From: Candidatus Bathyarchaeia archaeon
GTDB taxonomy: Archaea; Thermoproteota; Bathyarchaeia; Bathyarchaeales; DTEX01
Direction: 5' to 3'
Length of the DNA: 64,000 bases
Assembly: GCA_038882715.1 (NCBI GenBank)
Contig: JAVZNR010000001.1
Location: forward strand, 179,668 to 243,667
Part shown: positions 8,736-18,486 of the stretch, piece by piece
How the letters are laid out: every line of letters begins with the position of its first letter
Numbering within the stretch: the first letter of the stretch is position 1
Made by a program: the position numbers and the translations under genes
Notes under the pieces: model-generated
The model's database searches: none
The model's input: only the letters and a program-made list of their open reading frames with translations
What the model was told of the DNA's origin: nothing

Positions 8736-9706
8736 TTACGAGTAGGCCTCCTTTTCAAGATTGAAGCTGGCAGAGTATACATGTAAAATGTTCCAGCTGG
8801 ATCCACTATCCGGTTTACAGCCCTTTCAATTTCCTCAAAAGGCTTTTTCTCCTCCGCGCTAATTATTGACGCTAATGCGCTTAACATAGCTGCGCCTTGA
8901 TCAGATACGTTAGGGCATGGCCCTCCACACCCGGTGCAAGGCATATCAGCCTTTAAGCATCTAGCCCCGCATCCACCCCTCGTCGCTGGACCCATACATA
9001 CTATGCCTTGTTCAAGCAAGCATCTTTCCGGGTCTGGAATTTTCTCGTAAACGCGGTATATCTGAGAGATTTTTTTATTCTCCTTTTTCTTTGAGCATTC
9101 ATCGCACACGGACTTTAAGGGCGCTAGAACTGAGCCCCTCGGAGGGAGATCCCCCCTAAATACCGCCTCTAACGCAGATACTGTCCTCTCTACTGCTGGC
9201 GGGCATCCCGGAACATAATAGTCGACTTCAACAACTTGGTGGAGAGCTTTTACATCATCGTAAAATTCTGGAAGAGATAGCTCGCCTTCCCTGACGTATG
9301 TTTTAGGTTTAGGCGAAATGTTTTCTGGATTAACCGTGGAAGCGATCTTAAAGTACACTTTCTCAAAGACCTCGCTCCTACCGTAAAGGTTTGCGAGTCC
9401 AGGGATCCCCCCGAAGCAGGCGCATGATCCGTAAGCGACGAGTATCTTAGACTTCTCTCTTAACAGTTTTGCCATATAGTCTTGTTCGCTACTGCGTATG
9501 CCGCCATTAAAGAAGCAAACGTCTATATGCTTATCGGGCATTTTTTCAACATCGCCATATTTTATATCCATGGCAGCTGGCCAGAAGATAATATCTGCAA
9601 ATTGCACTGTGTCAAGTATCTTCTCGTCTATATCGAGCACCGCTATCTCACATCCACCGCAGCTCGCAGCCCAATAGAAGGCGAGCTTAAGTTTCTTTTC
9701 ACCCAA
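8732..9706 (-). CDS. mvhG: [NiFe] hydrogenase small subunit, MvhG-like
   Basis: N-terminal SCGGCE and multiple Cys clusters for Fe-S. There is a 4-nt overlap with the large-subunit gene. Confidence 0.85.
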   Translation of the reverse strand: MGEKKLKLAFYWAASCGGCEIAVLDIDEKILDTVQFADIIFWPAAMDIKYGDVEKMPDKHIDVCFFNGGIRSSEQDYMAKLLREKSKILVAYGSCACFGGIPGLANLYGRSEVFEKVYFKIASTVNPENISPKPKTYVREGELSLPEFYDDVKALHQVVEVDYYVPGCPPAVERTVSALEAVFRGDLPPRGSVLAPLKSVCDECSKKKENKKISQIYRVYEKIPDPERCLLEQGIVCMGPATRGGCGARCLKADMPCTGCGGPCPNVSDQGAAMLSALASIISAEEKKPFEEIERAVNRIVDPAGTFYMYTLPASILKRRPTRK

Positions 9707-9880
9707 GCAGCATCACTTAGAATCTTTTTACTCTACACTTCGATTTAAAAGCTTTACATGTTTTTAAAATAGACTAAATGAGGTAAGCGCGTAATGAAGA
9801 GAGTAAATGTTATCGCTTAAATTTACAACTAATTTAGTAACATTACTTGCAATTCAATGGGTTAACGATATACTTAGAAC

Positions 9881-10384
9881 ATGGTTGTAATTGAGATGAA
9901 GAGAACTGTAAAAAGAAGGTTGAAAAAGTGGTTGTCGGGGGCAGAGAGGGTTGTCATAGCTGGTATTGGAAACCCCATCCGCATGGATGACTATATAGGA
10001 GTAATCATAACTCGTAGTCTGCATGGAAGAGTATCCGAGAAAGTTCTTTTAATCGAATGTGAAACGGTTCCAGAAAGCTACATGCAGCAGATATTAGATT
10101 TTAAGCCAACACACATTATATTAATAGACGCTGCACTTTTAGGCCTAAAACCCGGAGAAGTGAAACTTTTAGAGCCTAGAGACATGGGGTTTTCCCCAGC
10201 ATTTTCAACTCACATCCTACCTCTCCAAATTTTCTGCGAGTATCTCACTAAAATGATAAACGCTAAAATAATGCTTCTTCTAGTGCAACCCAAAAAGACA
10301 GATTTCGGCGATGAGCTAACCCCAGAAGTTCTCTCCACGGGAAAGGAGATTGCAGATCTCCTAATTGAAATCCTTCCCCGCTAG
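9881..10384 (+). CDS. Hydrogenase maturation endopeptidase (HycI/FrhD/HoxW family)
   Basis: GIGNPIRMDDYIGV motif (GxGNxxxxDDxxG), about 160 aa, adjacent to hydrogenase genes. Confidence 0.8.
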   Translation: MVVIEMKRTVKRRLKKWLSGAERVVIAGIGNPIRMDDYIGVIITRSLHGRVSEKVLLIECETVPESYMQQILDFKPTHIILIDAALLGLKPGEVKLLEPRDMGFSPAFSTHILPLQIFCEYLTKMINAKIMLLLVQPKKTDFGDELTPEVLSTGKEIADLLIEILPR

Positions 10385-10482
10385 GGAAAGTTTACATAAA
10401 CAACAAAGGATAAATTATTTTAGGTAATTTAGAGTTAGAGTAAGAAATCGCTAGTGATGATAAAAATTTACGCTCAGTAGTT

Positions 10483-11673
10483 ATGGAGAGAATGCAAATG
10501 CTAACCGAAAAAAGCGTAAAGATACGTGATGAGTATTGCAGCAGATGCATTATATGTTCTTCAGTATGCCCATTCGAGGCGATATACCTCAATAGAGAAG
10601 CCGGAGAAGTGATATTGGACATAGAGAAGTGCCAAGTCTGCGGTATATGCTTTAGCGCCTGCCCATCATCATCTATAGACATAGCTTACTACAAGGTTGC
10701 CTTACTCTCCAAGTATGTTGAAAAGATGCGGAAAAACAACCTGTTGTTAATGTGTAGAGGGGCAATAATAAAACCTGAGCTAAAAGAAAGCCTGAAGAAA
10801 AATGGAGTATTAGATGACTCCGCTCAATTACATGTACCATGCGTCGGTCGCATACCGCCAGAGTTTTTGCTTAAAACTATAGAGGCTGGCGTGAAAAAGA
10901 TATTGATTGTGCCCTGTGAGGATGATAAGTGCCGATTTAAGGTTGGAAGCGATATAAGCGTATCTCGCCTAGTACTATTACAAAAACTGCTTAGCCAGAT
11001 CGGATTAGATTACAATGCGCTATCTTTTGTGAGGAGCTCTATAAAAGCGTACATCAATAAGTATAGGTGTATAGGCTGTGGAAACTGCGCGTATACATGC
11101 CCAAATAGGGCAATAAAGATTGTGTCGCCCGGTGTGGCACAACTCAATGAGGCTGCTTGCTCCGGCTGCGGCGCATGCGTATCTGTTTGCCCATCTCTTG
11201 CAATTAACTTAGAGGGCTTTGAAAACAACTTAATTCTTGAGACTATCTCTAAATACCGCCCATTAATTAGCGAAGTAAAAATAAGGAGCGGTAGCCCGGT
11301 GGTAGCGGTATTCTATTGCCACTGGGCCAACTTTCCCGCGCCGGATGAGTATCGCGCCCATATCAAGGAGAGCATTGTGTTCTTTGAGATCCCATGCTCA
11401 AGCATGATTAGCCCGCTATATATTCTCCAAGCCTTCTACGAGGGGTTTGACGGTGTTCTGGTAGTAGCCTGTAAAAAAGGCGAGTGCAAGTTTGAGAGGG
11501 GCAATGAATTAGCTGAAAGGCATATAGTCGCGCTTAAAAATCTCCTTAGACAGGTTAACCTCGAAAACAGACTTGAAATATGTTTTGTATCGCCAAAATA
11601 TTTAGGGGAGATTGATAATCAAATTAAATTATTCATGGATAGAATAGCGTCTCTAATCGAGGGATCTAGATGA
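10483..11673 (+). CDS. Iron-sulfur protein: tandem (2x[4Fe-4S] ferredoxin + MvhD-like domain) x2
   Basis: Four CxxCxxCxxxCP motifs (C19-C29, C50-C60, C196-C206, C226-C236). Two MvhD-type Cys sets (C91/C120/C145/C150 and C279/C305/C330/C335), each ending in CxxxxC(R/K)F. Confidence 0.75.
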   Translation: MERMQMLTEKSVKIRDEYCSRCIICSSVCPFEAIYLNREAGEVILDIEKCQVCGICFSACPSSSIDIAYYKVALLSKYVEKMRKNNLLLMCRGAIIKPELKESLKKNGVLDDSAQLHVPCVGRIPPEFLLKTIEAGVKKILIVPCEDDKCRFKVGSDISVSRLVLLQKLLSQIGLDYNALSFVRSSIKAYINKYRCIGCGNCAYTCPNRAIKIVSPGVAQLNEAACSGCGACVSVCPSLAINLEGFENNLILETISKYRPLISEVKIRSGSPVVAVFYCHWANFPAPDEYRAHIKESIVFFEIPCSSMISPLYILQAFYEGFDGVLVVACKKGECKFERGNELAERHIVALKNLLRQVNLENRLEICFVSPKYLGEIDNQIKLFMDRIASLIEGSR

Positions 11674-12362
11674 TAATTGTAAAAGAGAAACCTTTAGACG
11701 AAATACTGGGCTTCCTCCTACCTTACGAGAGCATACTTATTGTTGGATGCGATGGCTGTACTCAGCCCCCAAGAGGGTTGAGAGAAGCGATGACCTACGC
11801 CATGCTCATTGAGATGAGAGCTAAGATTAAGGGAAAAACTAACCTTAAATGCAGAGCTACCACCGTATCTATGCAATGCGATAATCACATATGCTCGACA
11901 ACCTTAACGCCCCAGCTGGAAGGCATCGACGCCATCTTATCTCTTGCATGCGGCGTCGGCGTCCAAACCCTAGTGGAGGTTTTTCCGGAAATCCCTGTTT
12001 ACCCCGGTCAAAACACCGTCTTTGTCGGCTCGCAAGAAAGAGAGGGCGGCACGATGCACGAGAAATGCAAGGCTTGTGGGGAATGTTTATTGGGGGAAAC
12101 TGGCGGCATATGTCCAATAACTAATTGCCCAAAGGGCATATTGAATGGGCCCTGCGGTGGATGTGTTGATGGGAAATGTGAGGTTCCGTTTGAAATAAGG
12201 GATGAATCTGGAAAGGTTGTAAAGACTATTGTTAAGGACTGCGCCTGGTACCTAATGTATCAAAGACTGAAGAAGCTGAATAGGTTAGATTTGTTCAGAA
12301 AATATAGGCCCCCGAGGAATAGAGCCATTTCAAGCTCGCCGAGACTTCTGGAGGTTGTTTGA
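11670..12362 (+). CDS. metV: Methylenetetrahydrofolate reductase small Cys-rich subunit (MetV, MTHFR C-terminal-domain family)
   Basis: CPKGILNGPCGG motif and a CKACGEC cluster. Translationally coupled (ATGA) to the upstream gene and directly precedes metF. Confidence 0.8.
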   Translation: MIIVKEKPLDEILGFLLPYESILIVGCDGCTQPPRGLREAMTYAMLIEMRAKIKGKTNLKCRATTVSMQCDNHICSTTLTPQLEGIDAILSLACGVGVQTLVEVFPEIPVYPGQNTVFVGSQEREGGTMHEKCKACGECLLGETGGICPITNCPKGILNGPCGGCVDGKCEVPFEIRDESGKVVKTIVKDCAWYLMYQRLKKLNRLDLFRKYRPPRNRAISSSPRLLEVV

Positions 12363-13300
12363 GAATGGTTCAAGCGTTCTCTGATCTAATGAAGAATATA
12401 CTTGATGGGAGATTCGTGTATACTGGGGAACTGGAGCCCCACAAGTCAATAGATCTATCCGAAGTCATCTCTTGGGCGAAAACATTGAAGGAGACCGGAA
12501 GAGTAGTTGCGGCGAATGTTACGGATAATCCGAAGAGCGTAGGAGCCATAAGCAGCCTCGTCGCAAGCTATATAATCCAGAGGGAAACAGGGCTAGAGAT
12601 GATATATCAACTCAGATGCAGCGATAGAAACCGCTTAGCGCTAGTTTCAGACTTGTTGGGCGCTGCAGCTTTAGGCATAAGAAACGTTTTAGCGCTGACC
12701 GGCGATCATACTAGGCAAGGCGATATGCCGACAGCTATGCCGGTATACGATTTAGATGGAACACAGCTTGTAGATTTAATACATAGGATGGTCTACGAGG
12801 GGAAGGATATCGATGGAAATGAAATTCATGGGCCACGCCCACAGTTCAATATCGGAGCGGCGGCTAACCCAAATTTTAAGCCGCTGGAAGTCGAGGTACT
12901 GAAGATTGAGCGAAAAGCTGAAGTTGGGGCGGAATTCTTCCAGACACAGGTCGTCTTTGATGTTAATGTGGCGCTAGACTTCCTAGATGCCGTTAAGCAC
13001 ATAGATGCCGCGTTTCTTATAGGAATATTTCCGCCAAGATCATATGGTCAAGCCGAATACTTCGCTAAGCATGTTCCCGGAGTTCAGGTTCCAGCCGAGT
13101 TTCTAGAGAACCTCAAAAAGATCTCTGAGATACCTGACAGAAAAGAGCGAAGAAAGAAAATTGACGAGTATAACATAGAATATTTCTCCGACTTTATAAG
13201 GGCCGTGAGAAAGAAGGCTCCCTGTAGGGGCATACATATAATGGCTGTGGGTTACCCCGAGGTCGTCGGCCCGCTAATCGAGAGCGTTGAAGGCATGTAG
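12359..13300 (+). CDS. metF: Methylenetetrahydrofolate reductase (acetogen/archaeal MetF type)
   Basis: VTDNP, LALTGDH and VYDLDGTQL motifs. The start is TTG at 12359 or ATG at 12365. Confidence 0.85.
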   Translation: MRMVQAFSDLMKNILDGRFVYTGELEPHKSIDLSEVISWAKTLKETGRVVAANVTDNPKSVGAISSLVASYIIQRETGLEMIYQLRCSDRNRLALVSDLLGAAALGIRNVLALTGDHTRQGDMPTAMPVYDLDGTQLVDLIHRMVYEGKDIDGNEIHGPRPQFNIGAAANPNFKPLEVEVLKIERKAEVGAEFFQTQVVFDVNVALDFLDAVKHIDAAFLIGIFPPRSYGQAEYFAKHVPGVQVPAEFLENLKKISEIPDRKERRKKIDEYNIEYFSDFIRAVRKKAPCRGIHIMAVGYPEVVGPLIESVEGM

Positions 13301-13337
13301 CCAAACCTGAGCAAATAGCTCGTTATAAATCACACTT

Positions 13338-14687
13338 TTATTTTCCTGAAAGCTTCACATCTTTAATTTTTATCGCCGGAAAGAAGTGGCCTTTACCGAA
13401 TGTCCGCCCCTCCTTAGATATGGCCCCAATATTCTTGAACAGGTCTAATATGTGTCCGCCAGCCATCAAGTTCTTAACGGGATGCTTTTTCACACCGTCT
13501 TCTATTAGAAAACCTTCATCGATGGTTGTCGAAAACTCTCCTGAAACCATGTTGGGCGAGAACGACGCATTTAAAACCAGAATACCCCTCTTTGTTTCAG
13601 AAATGATCTCGTCTAAAGCGCTCTCCCCAGGCTTAACTCTAATATTGCTCGGTCCAGCTCCAACGTACCCGCTGTAGCCGCCTCTAATAGCGTGACCAGT
13701 TGACTCAACGCTCATTATTCCAGCGGAATAAGAGTTATGAAGGAATGAAAGGACTATACCCTTCTCTATAACCTTTAGCGGTCTTCTCGGAACGCCTTCG
13801 CCATCATACGTGCTGCTCGCTATAGCTCCGGGAACCGTTCCATCGTCAAGAACCTCAAGGTTTTCCGGAGCTATCTGCTTGCCCAAAGTGTTGGAGGCAA
13901 ATGTTCTCCCCTTAACGGCTGATTCACCAGACAACGCCGAGAGTAGGCTTGAGAATAATGATCCGGACGCTTCCGGGAGCAGGATTAATGGTAGAAAGCC
14001 GCTTTCAACCCTTCTAGAGCCAAACTGCTCTATGGCTTTTTCAGCGGCCCGCCTTCCAATCCAGCATGGATCTATCTCTCGCAGCGACACAGCGTAGTCG
14101 AACTCATAGGAGCTTCCCACGTCGCCCTCTTCTCTATAAATGGGTTGAAGATAGGCTGACGCTGAAGTTTTTTCCATTTCAACCGCAACACCAGTTGATG
14201 CCACTAAATATCCTTTAGCATAGCCCGCGCCAAAACCGCCGAAAAACATGGCGCCTCCCCGAACCCCTTCAGCAGCATCAATCATATCTTTCGAGATTCT
14301 ACTAGCATCTTCGAGAGTTAAGTGGATTATTGCGCTATCGCATAATCCGGGAACTTCGGGAGCTTTTGACGGGCCAGGTATACCCTTAAAGTATGGGTCT
14401 GGCTGCGCAACTCTAGCGAATCCAACAGCCCTATTAACCGTTGCCTCTATGTCGGCATCCTCTAGGCTTTGCGAGAAAGCTACGCCCATACCTCTATTTT
14501 TAAAGACCCTAACTCCTATGCCGACATCCACTCTTGAGTATGCTTCCCTAATCCCCCTACCAAGGATACTGATGCTTAAAGCCCGAGAGCAGGATGCGAA
14601 CACATCGTAGAAGTCTATGTCGAACCTGGAGAGGAGAACAGCAGCCTTCTCAACCGGTGTAATTATGTCTACTCCACTCATCTTCAT
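13338..14687 (-). CDS. pmbA: TldD/PmbA-family metalloprotease, PmbA(TldE)-like subunit
   Basis: 449 aa, TldD/PmbA-family C-terminal pattern, no HExxxH motif. There is a 4-nt overlap with tldD. Confidence 0.8.
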   Translation of the reverse strand: MKMSGVDIITPVEKAAVLLSRFDIDFYDVFASCSRALSISILGRGIREAYSRVDVGIGVRVFKNRGMGVAFSQSLEDADIEATVNRAVGFARVAQPDPYFKGIPGPSKAPEVPGLCDSAIIHLTLEDASRISKDMIDAAEGVRGGAMFFGGFGAGYAKGYLVASTGVAVEMEKTSASAYLQPIYREEGDVGSSYEFDYAVSLREIDPCWIGRRAAEKAIEQFGSRRVESGFLPLILLPEASGSLFSSLLSALSGESAVKGRTFASNTLGKQIAPENLEVLDDGTVPGAIASSTYDGEGVPRRPLKVIEKGIVLSFLHNSYSAGIMSVESTGHAIRGGYSGYVGAGPSNIRVKPGESALDEIISETKRGILVLNASFSPNMVSGEFSTTIDEGFLIEDGVKKHPVKNLMAGGHILDLFKNIGAISKEGRTFGKGHFFPAIKIKDVKLSGK

Positions 14688-16075
14688 CTCCTCCCGCCGA
14701 CAACTATGCCGTCTATCCTAAAGTGTGGTGCCCCAGCATCAACAAACATGCTCTGCCCAGATTTGCCGCACATTCCAGGCATCTCTATACTAAGGTCTCT
14801 TCCCACAGCGGTTATATTTTTTAGAGCTTCAAGGGTTAATCCGCTTACGGCGACGTCCCTTAAATGTTCTGTGAGCTCGCCTTTCCTTATTAGCCATGCT
14901 TCCTCAACCTTACATGTGAACTGGCCTTTCTCCGACTCAACATAACCATATTGGGAGCCGGATAAGTAAATGCCAAACTCGATATCCTCAAGCAGTTCTT
15001 CAAGCGCCATATCTCTAGGAGCAAGATAAGTATTTGACATACGTACAATAGGCGGATAGTGATGCGACTGGGCTCTAGCGCTTCCTTCTGGTTTGCCGCC
15101 GAGTTTAGCGGCAGATTCAAGCGAATGCAGAAAGCCAACTAAAACGCCGTCTCTTATTATTACGTGAGGTCTAGCCTTAACCCCCTCATGATCATAAGTG
15201 AAATGTCCATATCCGTCTCTCGTCGGGTCGTCGATTATTGTTACAAGGTCGCTCGCTATCTTCTGCCCCATCTTATCAGATATTATCGACCCCCCACTAA
15301 AAACGAGATCGCCTTCACTGTTATGTCCGATAGCCTCATGAATGAATAAGCCTCCAACCTTAGGATCCACAACAACCGTATACATGCCTCTCGGAGGAGG
15401 ATGTGCGCTCAGCAAGCTGACAGCTCTTTTCGCAGCCTTAAGGGAGAAGTCTTCCGCGGAAATTTTCTCAATCAACTCGTACCCGGCGACATTACCAACC
15501 CTTTCGTACCCTTCTTGCATGTTATCGCCCTCCTTCGCTATTACCCGGCACGATAAAAGTGTTCTTGGAGCGATTTCCTCGACGAAGGTTCCAAAGGAAT
15601 TGCACGTAATAACTCTTGTTAAGATATCTCTGTAGTTCACAAACACGTCTTTTACTCTGTCGCTGAAAGCCCTTGCAGTCTTCTCCAGCTCAAGAACCCT
15701 CTTAACTTTCTCCTCGGGGCTAATGTCTTCTGGATTAATCTTAACCTCATGTTTGATAAAATCAACTGAGGGTTCAACCTCAATTATCTTTGCTTCCTCC
15801 CCAGAATGGGCCGTTATAGATTTAGCGCATCCAATAGCATCTGTTAAGGTTCTCTCAGCGCTCTCCCTCGTGACAACATTGGTTGACGCGAACCCCCAAC
15901 GTCCATTAACAATAACCCTTATCCCTATACCCCTTAAAATTCCTGAAGAGAGAGCCTTTGCGACGCCGTTTTCAACACCTATACTGCTACTTCTCTCTTC
16001 GAAGTATCTGACTTCACAAAAACTGACTCCTTTAGCTAACCCGCTTTCAACGATTGATTCAAGGAGATCCCTCAA
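14684..16075 (-). CDS. tldD: TldD-family zinc metalloprotease
   Basis: HEAIGHNSEGD (HExxxH) motif, 463 aa, paired with the pmbA-like gene. Confidence 0.85.
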   Translation of the reverse strand: MRDLLESIVESGLAKGVSFCEVRYFEERSSSIGVENGVAKALSSGILRGIGIRVIVNGRWGFASTNVVTRESAERTLTDAIGCAKSITAHSGEEAKIIEVEPSVDFIKHEVKINPEDISPEEKVKRVLELEKTARAFSDRVKDVFVNYRDILTRVITCNSFGTFVEEIAPRTLLSCRVIAKEGDNMQEGYERVGNVAGYELIEKISAEDFSLKAAKRAVSLLSAHPPPRGMYTVVVDPKVGGLFIHEAIGHNSEGDLVFSGGSIISDKMGQKIASDLVTIIDDPTRDGYGHFTYDHEGVKARPHVIIRDGVLVGFLHSLESAAKLGGKPEGSARAQSHHYPPIVRMSNTYLAPRDMALEELLEDIEFGIYLSGSQYGYVESEKGQFTCKVEEAWLIRKGELTEHLRDVAVSGLTLEALKNITAVGRDLSIEMPGMCGKSGQSMFVDAGAPHFRIDGIVVGGRR

Positions 16076-16337
16076 AAATGGGCACCAACCGTGTTAAACG
16101 ATTATAATAGATTACTGACCAAGAGACCATATAAGGTTAACGAATCTTATCCAAACTAGAATTGCCGCAAGTTTTTGCTGAGCCTAAGGGAAGAGCGATC
16201 AATGGGTTTTGCTTCTAGGATTGAAATTTAACGAGCACCTTCTTCCCAATATAGGATTTAACCCCGCTTATGTAAATTACTTCACCAGACATAGATTAAC
16301 TTAACCCGGAACCATTTTATAAACATGAAAACGAGAA

Positions 16338-17327
16338 TTAAATTGGGGGCGGAGTAACTTTTCTCTCCGCTAAAGGCTTTTTTGACCACTTAATGAAATC
16401 TGTCGATGGAGGCTCATCCGCATAGAGCCTTTTTCTGAACGCTTCCAGGAGATAATTTTCTCTTCCCATAAATTCTGCGGAGGTTAAAACCTTGTGGCTT
16501 ACATCTGCCGCAGATTCAATAACCGTTTTCATAACACTATTCCAGCCCGCATCCCGTAATAGATGATGATCGAGTATAACTGTTGGAACATGTTTAGCGA
16601 TTATCTTCAAGTTTTCTATAGCTGAATTTATGTTCTTATGGTTCAGCCTAAAGTCCGCAAGATATATGGGCGGACCGCCTATAATAGCCATTTGGGGAGC
16701 CTCCCTGAGAATTATAGATAGTGTTTCCTGCGACATCGGTCCCTGAACATCCGGCGCAAACAGAATACGCTCACCTTTATACCTAATAACTGAAATTATA
16801 ACCCATCCCAGATCGGAGCCTTCAGGTCCATGAAAAACTGGTTTAGAGAAGGATATATATGTGTCGCCGAACATAAACGTTCTATTATCAGCGACCTCAA
16901 GCCTTTCAGCGTATCCACCGCTTGTTTTGGCAAATAGCCATCCGCGACGCCTCTGGCTAAAATTCGCATACTCCCTATAACTTTTTGCTAAGATAAATTT
17001 TCCTCTATAGATTTTCTCAGCTATCTCTGCAGAGCACCAGTTGTAAGCCCAGTCGGTGAAGGACGGCGTATGGTGATCAAAGTGATAGTGGCTTACCGTT
17101 ATAACTTCAGATTTCCCGGCAAATCTAATGATCTCTTCGCGCCTATTTCTGAGAGCTTCATACTCCTTTGGGTGAGGCGGAAGACCATAACGGTTCGGTC
17201 CAAGTGAGACGCCAGCATCTAATAAAACTTTGACGTCTGGAGTTTCAACATAAGTACACATAGATCTGACGCCTAAACTTTCATAGGCAACTGGTACTAC
17301 CAGAATCTCTTTAAGGCTACTGCTCAT
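16338..17327 (-). CDS. MBL-fold metallo-hydrolase (archaeal UPF0282-like)
   Basis: SHYHFDHH metal-binding motif and typical beta-lactamase-fold spacing. Confidence 0.7.
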   Translation of the reverse strand: MSSSLKEILVVPVAYESLGVRSMCTYVETPDVKVLLDAGVSLGPNRYGLPPHPKEYEALRNRREEIIRFAGKSEVITVSHYHFDHHTPSFTDWAYNWCSAEIAEKIYRGKFILAKSYREYANFSQRRRGWLFAKTSGGYAERLEVADNRTFMFGDTYISFSKPVFHGPEGSDLGWVIISVIRYKGERILFAPDVQGPMSQETLSIILREAPQMAIIGGPPIYLADFRLNHKNINSAIENLKIIAKHVPTVILDHHLLRDAGWNSVMKTVIESAADVSHKVLTSAEFMGRENYLLEAFRKRLYADEPPSTDFIKWSKKPLAERKVTPPPI

Positions 17328-17356
17328 CTACCCGCACCATAAACATCAATTTAATC

Positions 17357-17623
17357 CTACTCTTCGTAAGGAATCTCATAGCTGACACTAATGTTTGGAA
17401 AACGGCTCTTAACATGCTCAATTATATCTAAAACTTGTTCCCTTCTACATTTTATAATGACAATAGCGTTATGTTCACTCTCTCTTTGATACTCCACCTC
17501 CAAGCATTTATCCCTCACATTAGAGTTGTAGGGAAAACGCGTCGTTTCCGGGTAGGCTCTGCACTCAAGATCCACATCACAGATACCCTCAGAAGGGTCA
17601 GATTCATCATCACCTACCACCAA
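17357..17623 (-). CDS. Hypothetical small acidic protein
   Basis: 88-aa ORF, 30 nt upstream of the MBL gene on the same strand. No motif recognised. Confidence 0.35.
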   Translation of the reverse strand: MVVGDDESDPSEGICDVDLECRAYPETTRFPYNSNVRDKCLEVEYQRESEHNAIVIIKCRREQVLDIIEHVKSRFPNISVSYEIPYEE

Positions 17624-17739
17624 AATCTTAAAAACAGGTATATTTAAACCGTATCCTTAAAATTTAAAGAAGAACCGTTAATAAGGAGGGCTGCTAAAAA
17701 CTATGATAAGACTGGATAAAATGCTGAGTTGGTGGAAGC

Positions 17740-18387
17740 ATGTCATACTGTCCAGTATGCGGCACAAAATTGCCTGAAGAAAAAGGCGCTAGATTCTGCC
17801 CAAATTGCGGCGCTCCGACCCGCGATACTTTAAGAAGGATGGAACCCGCATGGTCTTGCACATTGCAAGCAAGGACCATAATCTTCTTAGTAACTTTATT
17901 ACTTTGTTTTACGGCAACGGTTTTTGGCGCTTTAGCGGAAGTCGACCCGTTAGAAGCGTCAAACATAAAGAGAGAGATGGATACTCTTGAGACAGCCATA
18001 AAAACAGTTGGGGTTCAAGTAATTTTCGGCAATAATTTCATGCATACGTTAGTAATGTTTGTCCCCATAGTGGGGCCAGGATGGGGTTTTTTCGTCCTCT
18101 ATAACACTGGAAGGGTTTTCGCGGCAATTGCCACTACGATGAAGATGAACCCAATCATTCTTCTTTCACTTACGTTATTGTACCCGTTTGCTTGGATGGA
18201 ATACATATCTTATGCTCTCGCAATCTCAGAGAGCTTCATACTAGCGTATTCCATAGCTAAACATGGTTTCAAGAACGAGCTTAGAACCATGTCTGTAATT
18301 CTTGCAATATGCTCAATAATTTTATTGTTGGCGGCAATAATAGAATTCGCCATGATAAAAATTAGCTTAGGTGGACTAATCGGATAG
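17740..18387 (+). CDS. Zinc-ribbon plus SpoIIM-like integral membrane protein
   Basis: N-terminal CPVCG..x..CPNCG zinc ribbon, then 4-5 TM helices with an IFGNNFMH / YNTGRV pattern resembling the stage II sporulation M family. Confidence 0.55.
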   Translation: MSYCPVCGTKLPEEKGARFCPNCGAPTRDTLRRMEPAWSCTLQARTIIFLVTLLLCFTATVFGALAEVDPLEASNIKREMDTLETAIKTVGVQVIFGNNFMHTLVMFVPIVGPGWGFFVLYNTGRVFAAIATTMKMNPIILLSLTLLYPFAWMEYISYALAISESFILAYSIAKHGFKNELRTMSVILAICSIILLLAAIIEFAMIKISLGGLIG

Positions 18388-18486
18388 TAAGCGATTGCCT
18401 CAAGTTCTTTAAATTATACAATGGGAGCGATGTTCTAAAAAGATAAAACGGCTTTTATATTCCCATCAAAATTATTATATTTTAAG

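Noticed and set aside
10392-10682. 96-aa minus-strand ORF overlapping the start of the Fd-MvhD gene
   Set aside because: It overlaps a motif-rich Fe-S gene on the other strand and the upstream AT-rich spacer. It has no motifs and an implausible composition.
16215-16292. 25-codon minus-strand ORF with an Sm-like IGKKVLVKF segment in the tldD/MBL spacer
   Set aside because: It stops before any Sm1/Sm2 motif, and the downstream frame after the TAG does not continue an Sm fold. It is too short and weak to call.
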